Part shown: piece by piece, positions 21,219-30,464 of the stretch
Numbering within the stretch: position 1 is the first letter of the stretch
Layout: each line of letters opens with the position of its first letter
Virus record (IMG/VR): IMGVR_UViG_3300020055_000004
Source of the DNA: a virus
DNA length: 64,000 bases
Direction: 5' to 3' (one strand)
Notes under the pieces: generated by a model
What the model was told of the DNA's origin: nothing
Database searches by the model: none
What the model saw: the letters and a program-made list of their open reading frames with translations, nothing else
Position numbers and translations under genes: made by a program

Positions 21219-24200
21219 ATGGCATTACTTTCAGGTTTTGATCAGATAGATCCAGCTAACGACTCATTTAGCGATTGGTTACAAAAAACCAATGAGATGT
21301 TGTTGATCATCCGAGGTAACACAGTTCCCGGTACTACACAGGCAATGACTGCAAATAGTTTGCCCGGTGGTTCTATGACTTGGGGTAATGCGACACTCTT
21401 CGGTCAATTTACTGCCAACACAATGGTTGTACTCAATGATGGTGGAAACGACGGATCAGATGATAATGTTTTCGCTAACGGAAGCTTTGGTGGTTTAAGG
21501 GGCGGCAACTGGGATCCAGCAACTAATAATATTAGCGCCGATACACTTTACGTAGTTTCAAATACTACATTTACAGATGAAGGTAACGTTGTATATGTCG
21601 ATACAATGTACGGTCTTCAAGTAGAAGCCAATACAGAACTACGACATGATGTTTTGTTCGTAGGCAATGGCGGCACAGCCGTTAATCCAAAGTTGAAGTG
21701 GGAAGATGCTGATAATATCCTCAGCTTTAATGATAATGTCCGTGCAGTCTTTGGTAAAGATTCGGGTTCAGAAGTTGTAGGCGGTACAGGTCAAGCAGAA
21801 TTCTTATTTGTTGACGCAGATAGTCGAATGTATGTCAACACAGAGAACATGAACATTCGTGCAAATACTGACGTCAACTTTATTACAGATAACTTCGAGC
21901 TGAAGTCAGATATAGGTTCAGAACTTTATATCTCAGCTGATGTTGCAGATAACAGCACAGTCAAGCTATATTACGAAGGAAATCTTAGACTCTCCACGAA
22001 TACTCATGGTGTTGTAGTCGATGGTGATACTATTATCAAAGATGACATCGTAATGTTTGATACCGGTCGAATCATGATGGGTGGAACATACCCATATGAT
22101 GGCACACAAGATATTGCAACATATAACTTCCAGATTTATACTGATGGCACAGACGGTATTATTGTATCAGGTGATAAGGATCTAAATATTTTCGTGCACG
22201 AAGGATTCAATCTTACGAATGAGCCCGGTACGATAAACTTTATTACTGCAAATAACGATGGCTCGAGCGAAGTTGTTCTTTATAACAATGGTGATGCTCG
22301 TCTCGAAACAACAGGAACACAATTAGGTGAAGTACCGGGTGTAGAAGTATTTGGCGAAGCTAATACAACAACACTTCGAGTCAGAGAAGATGCAAACTTT
22401 GATGGATTTGGTGGACTTAATTCAAACAACGTACATTGGGATGCATCAGCAAATACGTGGAACTATCGTGACGCAACTAAGATTACTCTTGGTGACAGTG
22501 ATGACTGGGAAATGTTTTATACTGCTGCCGGTCGAGCCTATTCGAATACGGACAATCAAGACATTCGAGCTCGCGTCGATCTTAATATCATTTCAGATAT
22601 TGTAGAAATTAAATCAGAACTCGGTAGCGAATTGTATATGTCGGCCGATGTTGCTGACAATAGCACAGTTAAACTTTACTACGAAGGCAATGTAAGACTG
22701 TCGACAAATACACACGGTATAGTTGTTGATGGTGATACGATTGTAAAAGACAATGTCGTAGTCTTCGATAATAATAAGATTTTGATGGGTGGCACATATC
22801 CATACACAGGCGCCGAAGACATCGCTGATTATAATTTCCAAATTTACACCGATGGAACTGATGGTATTATTGTTTCTGGTGATAAAGATCTAAATATTTT
22901 TGTACACGAAGGATTTAATCTTACTAACGAGCCTGGCACTATTAGCTTTATTACTGCTAATAATGACGGATCGAGTGAAGTTGTTCTTTATAATGGTGGT
23001 GTTGCTAGACTTGAAACAACAGGAACACAATTAGGTGAAGTACCCGGCGTTGAAATACACGGTGAAGCAAATACAGATACGTTAAGAGTCACAGAAGATG
23101 CTAACTTCGATGGATCTGGTGGATTAGATTCTAATAATGTTCATTGGGATGCATCGGCTAATACATGGAACTACCGTGATGCAACTAAGATTACTCTTGG
23201 TGATAGCGATGATTGGGAGATGTTCTATCTAGCAGCTGGCCGTGCATACTCTAACACCGATAATATGGATATTCGTGCTCGCACAGACATGAATATGATT
23301 ACCGACACGTTTGAGTTGAAGTCTGAATCCGGTGCAGAATTATACATGTCAGCTAATGTAGCTGATAATAGCACAGTTAGATTATACTACGAAGGTTCTG
23401 AACGTCTACAAACAAATACACACGGTGTTGAAGTTACAGGTGAATTGGTAGCCAACGGTGGTATTGTTACATACAACGACCAACCAATCGAAATGGGTGG
23501 CGCGAACTACGCTGCAGCTCATAACTTTACGATTGTTACCGACGGTACTGATACAACAATTACAGAAACAGCTAATGATCTATTTGTTCGTGTACAAGAT
23601 AATTTCCGTGTCACTGATGATACCGGTGTTACTTCTCTTATCGTAGCAAACACATCAGGCGAAGTAACTCTCTATCATAATAACAATCAAAAGTTACAAA
23701 CAAATAATTATGGTATCGAAGTTACTGGCGAAGCTAATACTGGAACATTGCGGGTTCGTACTGACGCAAACTTCGACGGTACCGATGCTAATGGAGATAT
23801 TTTATTAGATTCTAATAATATGTCATGGGATGGTAGTGCTAATACATTATATTTAAAAGACAGTTCACCAATTGTAATTGGTGATGGCGGAGATCTAAGC
23901 ATTTATCATGACGGCACTAATAGTTATATTGAAGAAGCTAATACCGGTAGCCTTATTATCGAAGGTACAAATTTAGTACTAAGAGCGACTGACGATTCTC
24001 GCTATCTAGAAGGTATCGATGGAACTGGTACTCGACTTTATTCACCTGATGATACTATAGCATTAGTTGCAAACAATAATCAGATTCATATTACTGACCT
24101 CGCTAATACTTCAACTTTACGCGTCCGTAGTACTTCATTGTTTGAAGGTAGTATTGATATCGAAGGTTCTACAAGTGTTAATACTCTTACTTGGACTAAA

Positions 24201-26483
24201 TCGTCCAATACACTAAACTTCGATGATGATAACTTCGCTACATTTGGTACAGGTGGAGATTTAAGCGTTTATCATGATGCAAATAATTCATACATTGAGA
24301 ATATTACTGGTGAATTATATATTCAAGGCGATGGTATTACAATTAGAAGTCATACTGGCACTGAAGAATTTATAACTGCAGACGTAGGCGGCGCTGTCAC
24401 TTTATATTGGGATGATGCAATAAAGCTTCAAACAAATACAAATGGTATTGAAGTTACAGGTCAAGTCATTGCATCAACAGGTTTTGTTACATATAATGAT
24501 CAAAAGATTGAGATGGGTGGTACTAATTATGCAGATGCCCATATTTTCGAAATTTATACAGATGGTTCTAATAGCTATATTACAGAAACCGGTGGCGGCG
24601 ACTTAAATGTTCAGGCCAATAATCTTATTTTAGAAGCTACAGATGGAACAGATTATTTTGTAGCTACGAGTGGTGCAAATACTACTATTCATCATGGCGA
24701 CGGTACACAAATTCTAGAAATAAGAACTGACGGCGTCGACATTGAAGGCGAAGCTAATACTGATACGTTGCGTGTTCAAGGTAATGCTAAATTTGAAGGT
24801 ACAGACGATACAATTTACCTTGAGTGGTTGGCAGGCACTAAAGTACTTGATTTTAACGATGATGTAAAAGCTAGATTTGGCGATAATCATGACCTAGAAA
24901 TCTATAGCGACGGTTCGATTTCACATATCTTAGAAAGTGGTAGTGGTAATTTAGTTATTGAAGGTACAAATTTAACACTAAGAGCCACAGATGATACTAA
25001 TTATATGGCTGCTACAGACGGTGGCAGTGTACAATTGTACTACGCAGGCGAAGGTGCGAATAACATAGTACGAGTTTCTACGACTAATCTTGGTGTAGAT
25101 ATTGAAGGTGAAGCCAATACTGATACATTAAAAGTTCAAGGCGATGCAGCATTCCAAAATGGTGGAAATGATGAAATAAATTGGGAAGCTACTAATAATA
25201 TTCTAAATTTCAATGATGGTGTAAAAGCTACATTTGGTACTGATGATGATTTAGAAATTTACTTTGACGCTACAGGCAACAATTCAATAATTCGCGAAAC
25301 TGGCGGCGGCGATTTATATCTTCAAGCTAATGGTATGATACTTGAAGATACATCCGGTAATAATTATGTTGATATGGTAGCTGGTGGTGCGGTTTCTTTA
25401 TATCACAATGGTGCTACAAAATTAGCCACAAAGTCGACAGGTGTAGGAGTAACTGGACAATTAGATGTATCTACAAATATTGTAGCTGATGGTAATCTTA
25501 CTGTAAAAGGTAATACAACACTTGGTGATGCTAATACTGATACTATTGATGCAGTGGCCGAATTTGTAAGTAATTTAATACCTGAAGCAAATACCACATA
25601 TAATATTGGTAGCAGTGATAATAAATGGAATGATTTGCATCTAGATGGAGCCATGAATTCAGGCTCAATTCAAACTGGAATAATTGCCGGTGGCAATACT
25701 ACAATTACCGGCGACGTTGATGCAACTACATTTACTGGTAATGGCGCTGCGATTACCAATTTAAATGCATCCAATATTGATGCTGGTACAATTGGTGATG
25801 ATTATTTGCCTGATGAAATTTCATCCGATATTACCGGTACTGCAGCTCAAGCAAATACAGTTGAAATTCATACTTCTACAGACGATCAAGAATTTAGAGT
25901 AGCATTTACTGCCAATACTGCTGATTATCATGATATATATGCAGATTCTGGTTTATTATATAATCCAGTAGATAAGATACTATATGCTGACAATCTGACG
26001 GTCAATACAAATATTACTTTACCATCAGAAGTAACTTTAGCATTAGCAAATGTTACTGATCTTGAAGTGTCGAATACAGCAACAATTCTCAATCTAGAAG
26101 TAACATCGCTTGAAGCCAATGGCGTAGCATTTACCGGTACAGGTGGAGATGTAACTAGTAATGTAGCAACGCTTATCGATACTTTCCCAATCGAGCAAAC
26201 TCGTGGATTTAAATACTTTGTTCATGGTGAAGTTACCAACGATGATACTAAAGGATATGCAGTTGAGATCAATGTTATAACAACTGATACTGGTGCTGAT
26301 ACAAAGATTTTCTACACTCGATATGGTGAAGTAGAGAGTGGTATGGCAGATGTTAATTTAGTACCACAACTCGCTGCAAATAATACTCATATCGATTTAA
26401 TGGCCACGTGCGACTCTGCAACGGCTACTGATATTCATAGATTTAATGTACTTAAAATTGAAACAAGGGATAATGGTGTATAA
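21219..26483 (+). CDS. Long tail-fibre-like protein with internal repeats
   Basis: 1754 aa, beta-rich. N-terminal DSFSDWLQKTNE motif, recurrent DL.IY.DG.NSYI, V.LY...KL.T...G.EV.G and GEANT.TLRV units, and a 708-nt tandem duplication. Confidence 0.75.
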   Translation: MALLSGFDQIDPANDSFSDWLQKTNEMLLIIRGNTVPGTTQAMTANSLPGGSMTWGNATLFGQFTANTMVVLNDGGNDGSDDNVFANGSFGGLRGGNWDPATNNISADTLYVVSNTTFTDEGNVVYVDTMYGLQVEANTELRHDVLFVGNGGTAVNPKLKWEDADNILSFNDNVRAVFGKDSGSEVVGGTGQAEFLFVDADSRMYVNTENMNIRANTDVNFITDNFELKSDIGSELYISADVADNSTVKLYYEGNLRLSTNTHGVVVDGDTIIKDDIVMFDTGRIMMGGTYPYDGTQDIATYNFQIYTDGTDGIIVSGDKDLNIFVHEGFNLTNEPGTINFITANNDGSSEVVLYNNGDARLETTGTQLGEVPGVEVFGEANTTTLRVREDANFDGFGGLNSNNVHWDASANTWNYRDATKITLGDSDDWEMFYTAAGRAYSNTDNQDIRARVDLNIISDIVEIKSELGSELYMSADVADNSTVKLYYEGNVRLSTNTHGIVVDGDTIVKDNVVVFDNNKILMGGTYPYTGAEDIADYNFQIYTDGTDGIIVSGDKDLNIFVHEGFNLTNEPGTISFITANNDGSSEVVLYNGGVARLETTGTQLGEVPGVEIHGEANTDTLRVTEDANFDGSGGLDSNNVHWDASANTWNYRDATKITLGDSDDWEMFYLAAGRAYSNTDNMDIRARTDMNMITDTFELKSESGAELYMSANVADNSTVRLYYEGSERLQTNTHGVEVTGELVANGGIVTYNDQPIEMGGANYAAAHNFTIVTDGTDTTITETANDLFVRVQDNFRVTDDTGVTSLIVANTSGEVTLYHNNNQKLQTNNYGIEVTGEANTGTLRVRTDANFDGTDANGDILLDSNNMSWDGSANTLYLKDSSPIVIGDGGDLSIYHDGTNSYIEEANTGSLIIEGTNLVLRATDDSRYLEGIDGTGTRLYSPDDTIALVANNNQIHITDLANTSTLRVRSTSLFEGSIDIEGSTSVNTLTWTKSSNTLNFDDDNFATFGTGGDLSVYHDANNSYIENITGELYIQGDGITIRSHTGTEEFITADVGGAVTLYWDDAIKLQTNTNGIEVTGQVIASTGFVTYNDQKIEMGGTNYADAHIFEIYTDGSNSYITETGGGDLNVQANNLILEATDGTDYFVATSGANTTIHHGDGTQILEIRTDGVDIEGEANTDTLRVQGNAKFEGTDDTIYLEWLAGTKVLDFNDDVKARFGDNHDLEIYSDGSISHILESGSGNLVIEGTNLTLRATDDTNYMAATDGGSVQLYYAGEGANNIVRVSTTNLGVDIEGEANTDTLKVQGDAAFQNGGNDEINWEATNNILNFNDGVKATFGTDDDLEIYFDATGNNSIIRETGGGDLYLQANGMILEDTSGNNYVDMVAGGAVSLYHNGATKLATKSTGVGVTGQLDVSTNIVADGNLTVKGNTTLGDANTDTIDAVAEFVSNLIPEANTTYNIGSSDNKWNDLHLDGAMNSGSIQTGIIAGGNTTITGDVDATTFTGNGAAITNLNASNIDAGTIGDDYLPDEISSDITGTAAQANTVEIHTSTDDQEFRVAFTANTADYHDIYADSGLLYNPVDKILYADNLTVNTNITLPSEVTLALANVTDLEVSNTATILNLEVTSLEANGVAFTGTGGDVTSNVATLIDTFPIEQTRGFKYFVHGEVTNDDTKGYAVEINVITTDTGADTKIFYTRYGEVESGMADVNLVPQLAANNTHIDLMATCDSATATDIHRFNVLKIETRDNGV

Positions 26484-26896
26484 TGGCAAATGTAATCTAT
26501 GATAAATACAAAGAAGCATTGATTAGTGCTAGTAATGATGTTGCTCTCAATGCAGGTAATTTAAAAGTATCACTTATAGATTCTGATGTAACTATGTTTG
26601 GATCTACAGATGAATTTTATGCTGATCTTAATTCGTCAGCTGGAGTGGCAGCTACAGTGACATTAACAAATGTTACAGTAACTAATGGTGTACTAGATGC
26701 AGATGACGTTGTTTTCGAAAGTGTGGCAAATACAACACCCGAGTCAGAAGCACTTTTATTTTGGATTGATACTACTAACACTGCTACTTCACGATTAGTA
26801 GCGTGGCTTGATACAAATATAGACGGGTTTCCGATTACGCCAGATGGTTCTAACGTAGATATTACGTGGAGTACTTCAGGCATTTTCAAATTATAG
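26483..26896 (+). CDS. Small putative virion/fibre subunit (beta-sandwich-like)
   Basis: TAATG coupling; LKVSL, LDADDVVF, PITPDGSNVDITW..GIFKL pattern seen in small phage structural proteins. Confidence 0.6.
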   Translation: MANVIYDKYKEALISASNDVALNAGNLKVSLIDSDVTMFGSTDEFYADLNSSAGVAATVTLTNVTVTNGVLDADDVVFESVANTTPESEALLFWIDTTNTATSRLVAWLDTNIDGFPITPDGSNVDITWSTSGIFKL

Positions 26897-26906
26897 AGAG
26901 AAGTAA

Positions 26907-28085
26907 ATGACTGCTACCTCACAAAAATTTGACACATTAGACGGGTTAGTTGTTACTGGCTCAATGGAGGTTGGTGCCAATTTAGCAGTTGACACCAATG
27001 TCTTATTCGTTGATACCGTAAACAATCGGGTCGGCATAAACGATTCATCACCATCATATCCGCTTGATGTAGTTGGCACTGCACAAATTACAGGTGGCTT
27101 ATATATTGGCACCAATATTACTCACGTCGGCGACACTGATACCACGATCGGATTCTCGAACAATCAAATTGATATTACAGCTGGCAATGCAAATATAGCA
27201 AGTGCTAATACTACTATGCTATCAATTAATGCTGGTGATGGTATACAAGTAAGAGGTGTTAGTCCTACTAGTACATTTGCTACAAATACAGAAAAAGCTG
27301 ATGGCGGCATTGGTGTTAATTCTATAAACACATCAATGATACTATCACAAGATGATACTGCCACTGGTATTATTTTTGGTGCTTTGACGAACGATGATGT
27401 ACCAGATCCTAATTTTGGTGGTACTTGGTCAAGCACATCAGCTGATGAAATATCGATAATTATTGGTGATCGAAGACGGGCATATTTTGATAACGACGGT
27501 CTTCATTTTTCTAACCTCTCGGCATCTGATAACACAATTGATGGTGTTGATAATGTAGAGATTCTTAGTAGTATTACTCATAGCGGCGATGTTGCAACAA
27601 AATTAGAATTTGATGCTACTGCATCTATAAGATTGGTATCAAATGGATCTGAAAGATTAAAAGTTAATGCTACACAAACATATATTAGTGGTGATTTAGA
27701 TGTAACAACTGACATCATGGCGCGCCGTATTCAAGTAGAAGATTATTTTAAGGAAACTGTAGTAGCTGCATCAACAGGAAATTCAGTAAACATAAACGTA
27801 AATTCTGGTTCGGTATATACATTTACGCCAAATGCTAACTATTCGGTTGATTTTACAAATTTCCCAACGGCAGCTGGTGAAGCTGCAGCGTTTACTTTAG
27901 TCATAGATAACAATGGCACCGCAAGAGAAGCTACGTGGCCAGGGGAACTAGAAGGAGATGCTATATATTGGGCAGAATCAGTAGAACCTCCATCGTCATC
28001 TGGAATTGACATATATAATTTTGTAGTAATTGCTGGTAAAATATATGGTTCATTATCAATTCGAAATGCTGGTTGGGCACAGTAA
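26907..28085 (+). CDS. Tail-fibre-like protein with C-terminal adaptor-like domain
   Basis: VDTNVLFVDTVNNRVGIN..SPSYPLDVVG fibre motif; C-terminal domain shared with 38345-38986. Confidence 0.7.
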   Translation: MTATSQKFDTLDGLVVTGSMEVGANLAVDTNVLFVDTVNNRVGINDSSPSYPLDVVGTAQITGGLYIGTNITHVGDTDTTIGFSNNQIDITAGNANIASANTTMLSINAGDGIQVRGVSPTSTFATNTEKADGGIGVNSINTSMILSQDDTATGIIFGALTNDDVPDPNFGGTWSSTSADEISIIIGDRRRAYFDNDGLHFSNLSASDNTIDGVDNVEILSSITHSGDVATKLEFDATASIRLVSNGSERLKVNATQTYISGDLDVTTDIMARRIQVEDYFKETVVAASTGNSVNINVNSGSVYTFTPNANYSVDFTNFPTAAGEAAAFTLVIDNNGTAREATWPGELEGDAIYWAESVEPPSSSGIDIYNFVVIAGKIYGSLSIRNAGWAQ

Positions 28086-28100
28086 TAAAGAGGATGTAAT

Positions 28101-30449
28101 ATGCCAATAGGAGGCGGAAAAAGTTTTCTAGATAGAACGTGGGCTGCCACTTTTTCTGAAACTAGATATAAAGAAGCAACGTCAGGTACAACTGATGCTA
28201 CTCCTATCTCTATTCCTTATGGTCGTCAAATCATTGAGATTGAGGCTAGAGGTGGTGGTGCTAGTGCTCCAACATTAAAAGCAGCATATAGTACAACTAA
28301 AGCAGTTTATCAAACTAATGCAATTACTAATTATCCATCACGATTGCAGAAGGCTGCCTATCAGAATCAAACAAACTATCCTTCTAGATTACAGAAAGCT
28401 GCTTATCAGATTCAAACCAATTTTCCTTCTCGGTTGCAAAAATCTGCTTACCAAAATCAAACTAATTATCCTTCTCGGTTGCAAAAAGCTGCCTATCAGA
28501 ATCAAACCAATTATCCTTCTCGGTTGCAAAAATCTGCTTACCAAAATCAAACTAATTATCCTAGTAGACAGCAGAAGGCCGCCTATAGTGTTATCACTAA
28601 TTACCCTAGTAGAGAACAAAAAGCTGCTTACCAAAATCAAACCGATTATCCTAGCAGACAGGTGAAAGCTGCCTATAGTGTTATCACTAATTATCCTAGT
28701 AGAGAACAAAAAGCTGCTTACCAAAATCAAACGGATTACCCTAGTAGACAGCAGAAGGCCGCTTACCAAAATCAAACCGATTATCCTAGTAGACAACAAA
28801 AGGCCGCCTATAGTGTTATCACTAATTACCCTAGCAGACAGCAAAAAGCTGCTTACCAAAATCAAACGGATTATCCTAGTAGACAGGTGAAAGCTGCCTA
28901 TAGTGTTATCACTAATTACCCTAGCAGACAGGCGAAGGCTGCCTATAGTGTTATCACTAATTATCCTGGCAGACTGCAAAAATCTGCCTATAGTGTTATC
29001 ACTAATTATCCTAGTAGACAGCAGAAGGCTGCCTATCAAAATCAAACCGATTATCCTAGTAGACAGGTGAAAGCTGCCTATCAAGATCAAACAGATTATC
29101 CTAGTAGACAGGTGAAAGGTGCCTATAGTGTTATCACTAATTACCCTAGCAGACAGCAAAAGGGTGCTTATTCTAATGTTGCTAACTTCCCAGCAAGGAC
29201 CACTTCTTTTACTCAAGCAGCTTATTCTTCAGGTTATACTTTCGGGCAGGTATTTTTTCCGACCTATCAAACATTTACTGCTACAGCGTATTACCCGTCG
29301 CGAGTTGTATATTCGGGAAAAGCTGCTTATTCACAAACAACAAACTATCCTGCTAGAAATAATCCAGCATACCAAAATCAAACTGATTATCCTGCTAGAA
29401 ATCAAGCAGCATATTCAGTTGTAACAACCTATCCTGCTAGAAACAAAGCAGCATATTCGGTTATAACAAACTATCCTGCTAGAAACAATCCGGCATACCA
29501 AAATCAAACTGATTATCCTGCTAGAAATAATCCAGCATACCAAAATCAAACTGATTATCCTGCTAGAAATAATCCAGCATACCAAAATCAAACAGATTAT
29601 CCTGCTAGAAATCAAGCAGCATATTCTGTTGTAACAAATTATCCTGCTAGAAATAATCCAGCATACCAAAATCAAACTGATTATCCTGTTAGAAATAATC
29701 CAGCATATTCGGTTGTAACAAACTATCCGTTGCGTAATAATCCAGCATATTCAGTTGTAACAAACTATCCTGTTAGAAACAATCCGGCATATCAAAATCA
29801 AACAGATTATCCTGCTAGAAATCAAGCAGCATATTCTGTTGTAACAAATTATCCATTGCGTAATAATCCAGCTTATTCGGTTGTAACAAACTATCCTGTT
29901 AGAAACAATCCGGCTTATTCTGTTGTAACAAACTATCCATCACGTAATCAGCCGGCTTATTCAGTTGTAACAAATTATCCATTGCGTAATAATCCAGCAT
30001 ATGCGGTTGCAACATATTATCCATTGCGTAATAATCCAGCATATTCTGTTGTAACAAACTATCCTGCTAGAAATAATCCAGCATACCAAGTTGTAACAAA
30101 TTATCCATCACGCAATCAGCCGGCATATTCGGTAACTAATGTTACTAATTATCCTTCTCGTGTAACTAATTATCCAGCAAGAACTACACTCGGGCTTGCT
30201 GGTGATGACACAACAGTTCAATGGACAACTCCTGATGGTACTCCTGTTAGTGTAACTGCGCCGGGTGCTGCACCTAATGTTACAAATTATGTTACGGCTG
30301 CAGCAACAGCAACATATGTACAAATTACTAATCCAAATGAAGTCGATGGTATAGATGGTACAGACTTATCGGTAAGTGTTGGTAATTCCCCAGCTGGTAA
30401 TAATAATGCTACTAATAGAGGATATATAAATATAAAATACAGTGGTTAA
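28101..30449 (+). CDS. Mirror-repeat fibre protein: long predicted beta-hairpin inserted into a small Gly-rich beta domain
   Basis: 18 x 15-aa repeats, an aromatic turn, then 18 x 14-aa repeats. The flanks (IPYGRQIIEIEARGGG ... LSVSVG...GYINIKYSG) look like two halves of one phage Gly-rich adhesin-type domain. Confidence 0.8.
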   Translation: MPIGGGKSFLDRTWAATFSETRYKEATSGTTDATPISIPYGRQIIEIEARGGGASAPTLKAAYSTTKAVYQTNAITNYPSRLQKAAYQNQTNYPSRLQKAAYQIQTNFPSRLQKSAYQNQTNYPSRLQKAAYQNQTNYPSRLQKSAYQNQTNYPSRQQKAAYSVITNYPSREQKAAYQNQTDYPSRQVKAAYSVITNYPSREQKAAYQNQTDYPSRQQKAAYQNQTDYPSRQQKAAYSVITNYPSRQQKAAYQNQTDYPSRQVKAAYSVITNYPSRQAKAAYSVITNYPGRLQKSAYSVITNYPSRQQKAAYQNQTDYPSRQVKAAYQDQTDYPSRQVKGAYSVITNYPSRQQKGAYSNVANFPARTTSFTQAAYSSGYTFGQVFFPTYQTFTATAYYPSRVVYSGKAAYSQTTNYPARNNPAYQNQTDYPARNQAAYSVVTTYPARNKAAYSVITNYPARNNPAYQNQTDYPARNNPAYQNQTDYPARNNPAYQNQTDYPARNQAAYSVVTNYPARNNPAYQNQTDYPVRNNPAYSVVTNYPLRNNPAYSVVTNYPVRNNPAYQNQTDYPARNQAAYSVVTNYPLRNNPAYSVVTNYPVRNNPAYSVVTNYPSRNQPAYSVVTNYPLRNNPAYAVATYYPLRNNPAYSVVTNYPARNNPAYQVVTNYPSRNQPAYSVTNVTNYPSRVTNYPARTTLGLAGDDTTVQWTTPDGTPVSVTAPGAAPNVTNYVTAAATATYVQITNPNEVDGIDGTDLSVSVGNSPAGNNNATNRGYINIKYSG
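28353..29162 (+). repeat. Coding tandem repeat, 18 x 45 nt, consensus AAY[QNQT|SVIT][ND]YPSRxxK
   Basis: Parsed unit by unit from the translation (aa 85-354). Confidence 0.95.
29364..30119 (+). repeat. Coding tandem repeat, 18 x 42 nt, consensus [PA]AY[QNQT|SVVT][ND]YPxRN[NQ]
   Basis: Parsed unit by unit from the translation (aa 422-673). Confidence 0.95.
30425..30432 (+). promoter_or_regulatory. T4-type late promoter TATAAATA upstream of the oxygenase cassette
   Basis: Exact consensus about 30 nt before ATG 30465, inside the last codons of the fibre gene. Confidence 0.6.
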
Positions 30450-30464
30450 CAAGGTAATTATATT

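Noticed and set aside
28389-29216. 275-aa minus-strand ORF and other antisense or alternate-frame ORFs (e.g. 17129-17707, 42752-43381, 53703-54189)
   Set aside because: These are shadows of repetitive or biased + strand genes; they lack recognisable motifs and all promoters point in the + direction.
28353-30119. CRISPR-like array (regular 42-45 nt period, short palindromes such as TAGTG-TTAT-CACTA)
   Set aside because: Units are in-frame multiples of 3 inside one ORF, vary mostly at synonymous sites, and have no unique spacers; no cas genes are present.
28353-30119. DNA inverted repeat or invertible segment as the cause of the mirror symmetry
   Set aside because: Arm 2 is a same-strand relative of arm 1, not its reverse complement, and no recombinase gene is in the window.
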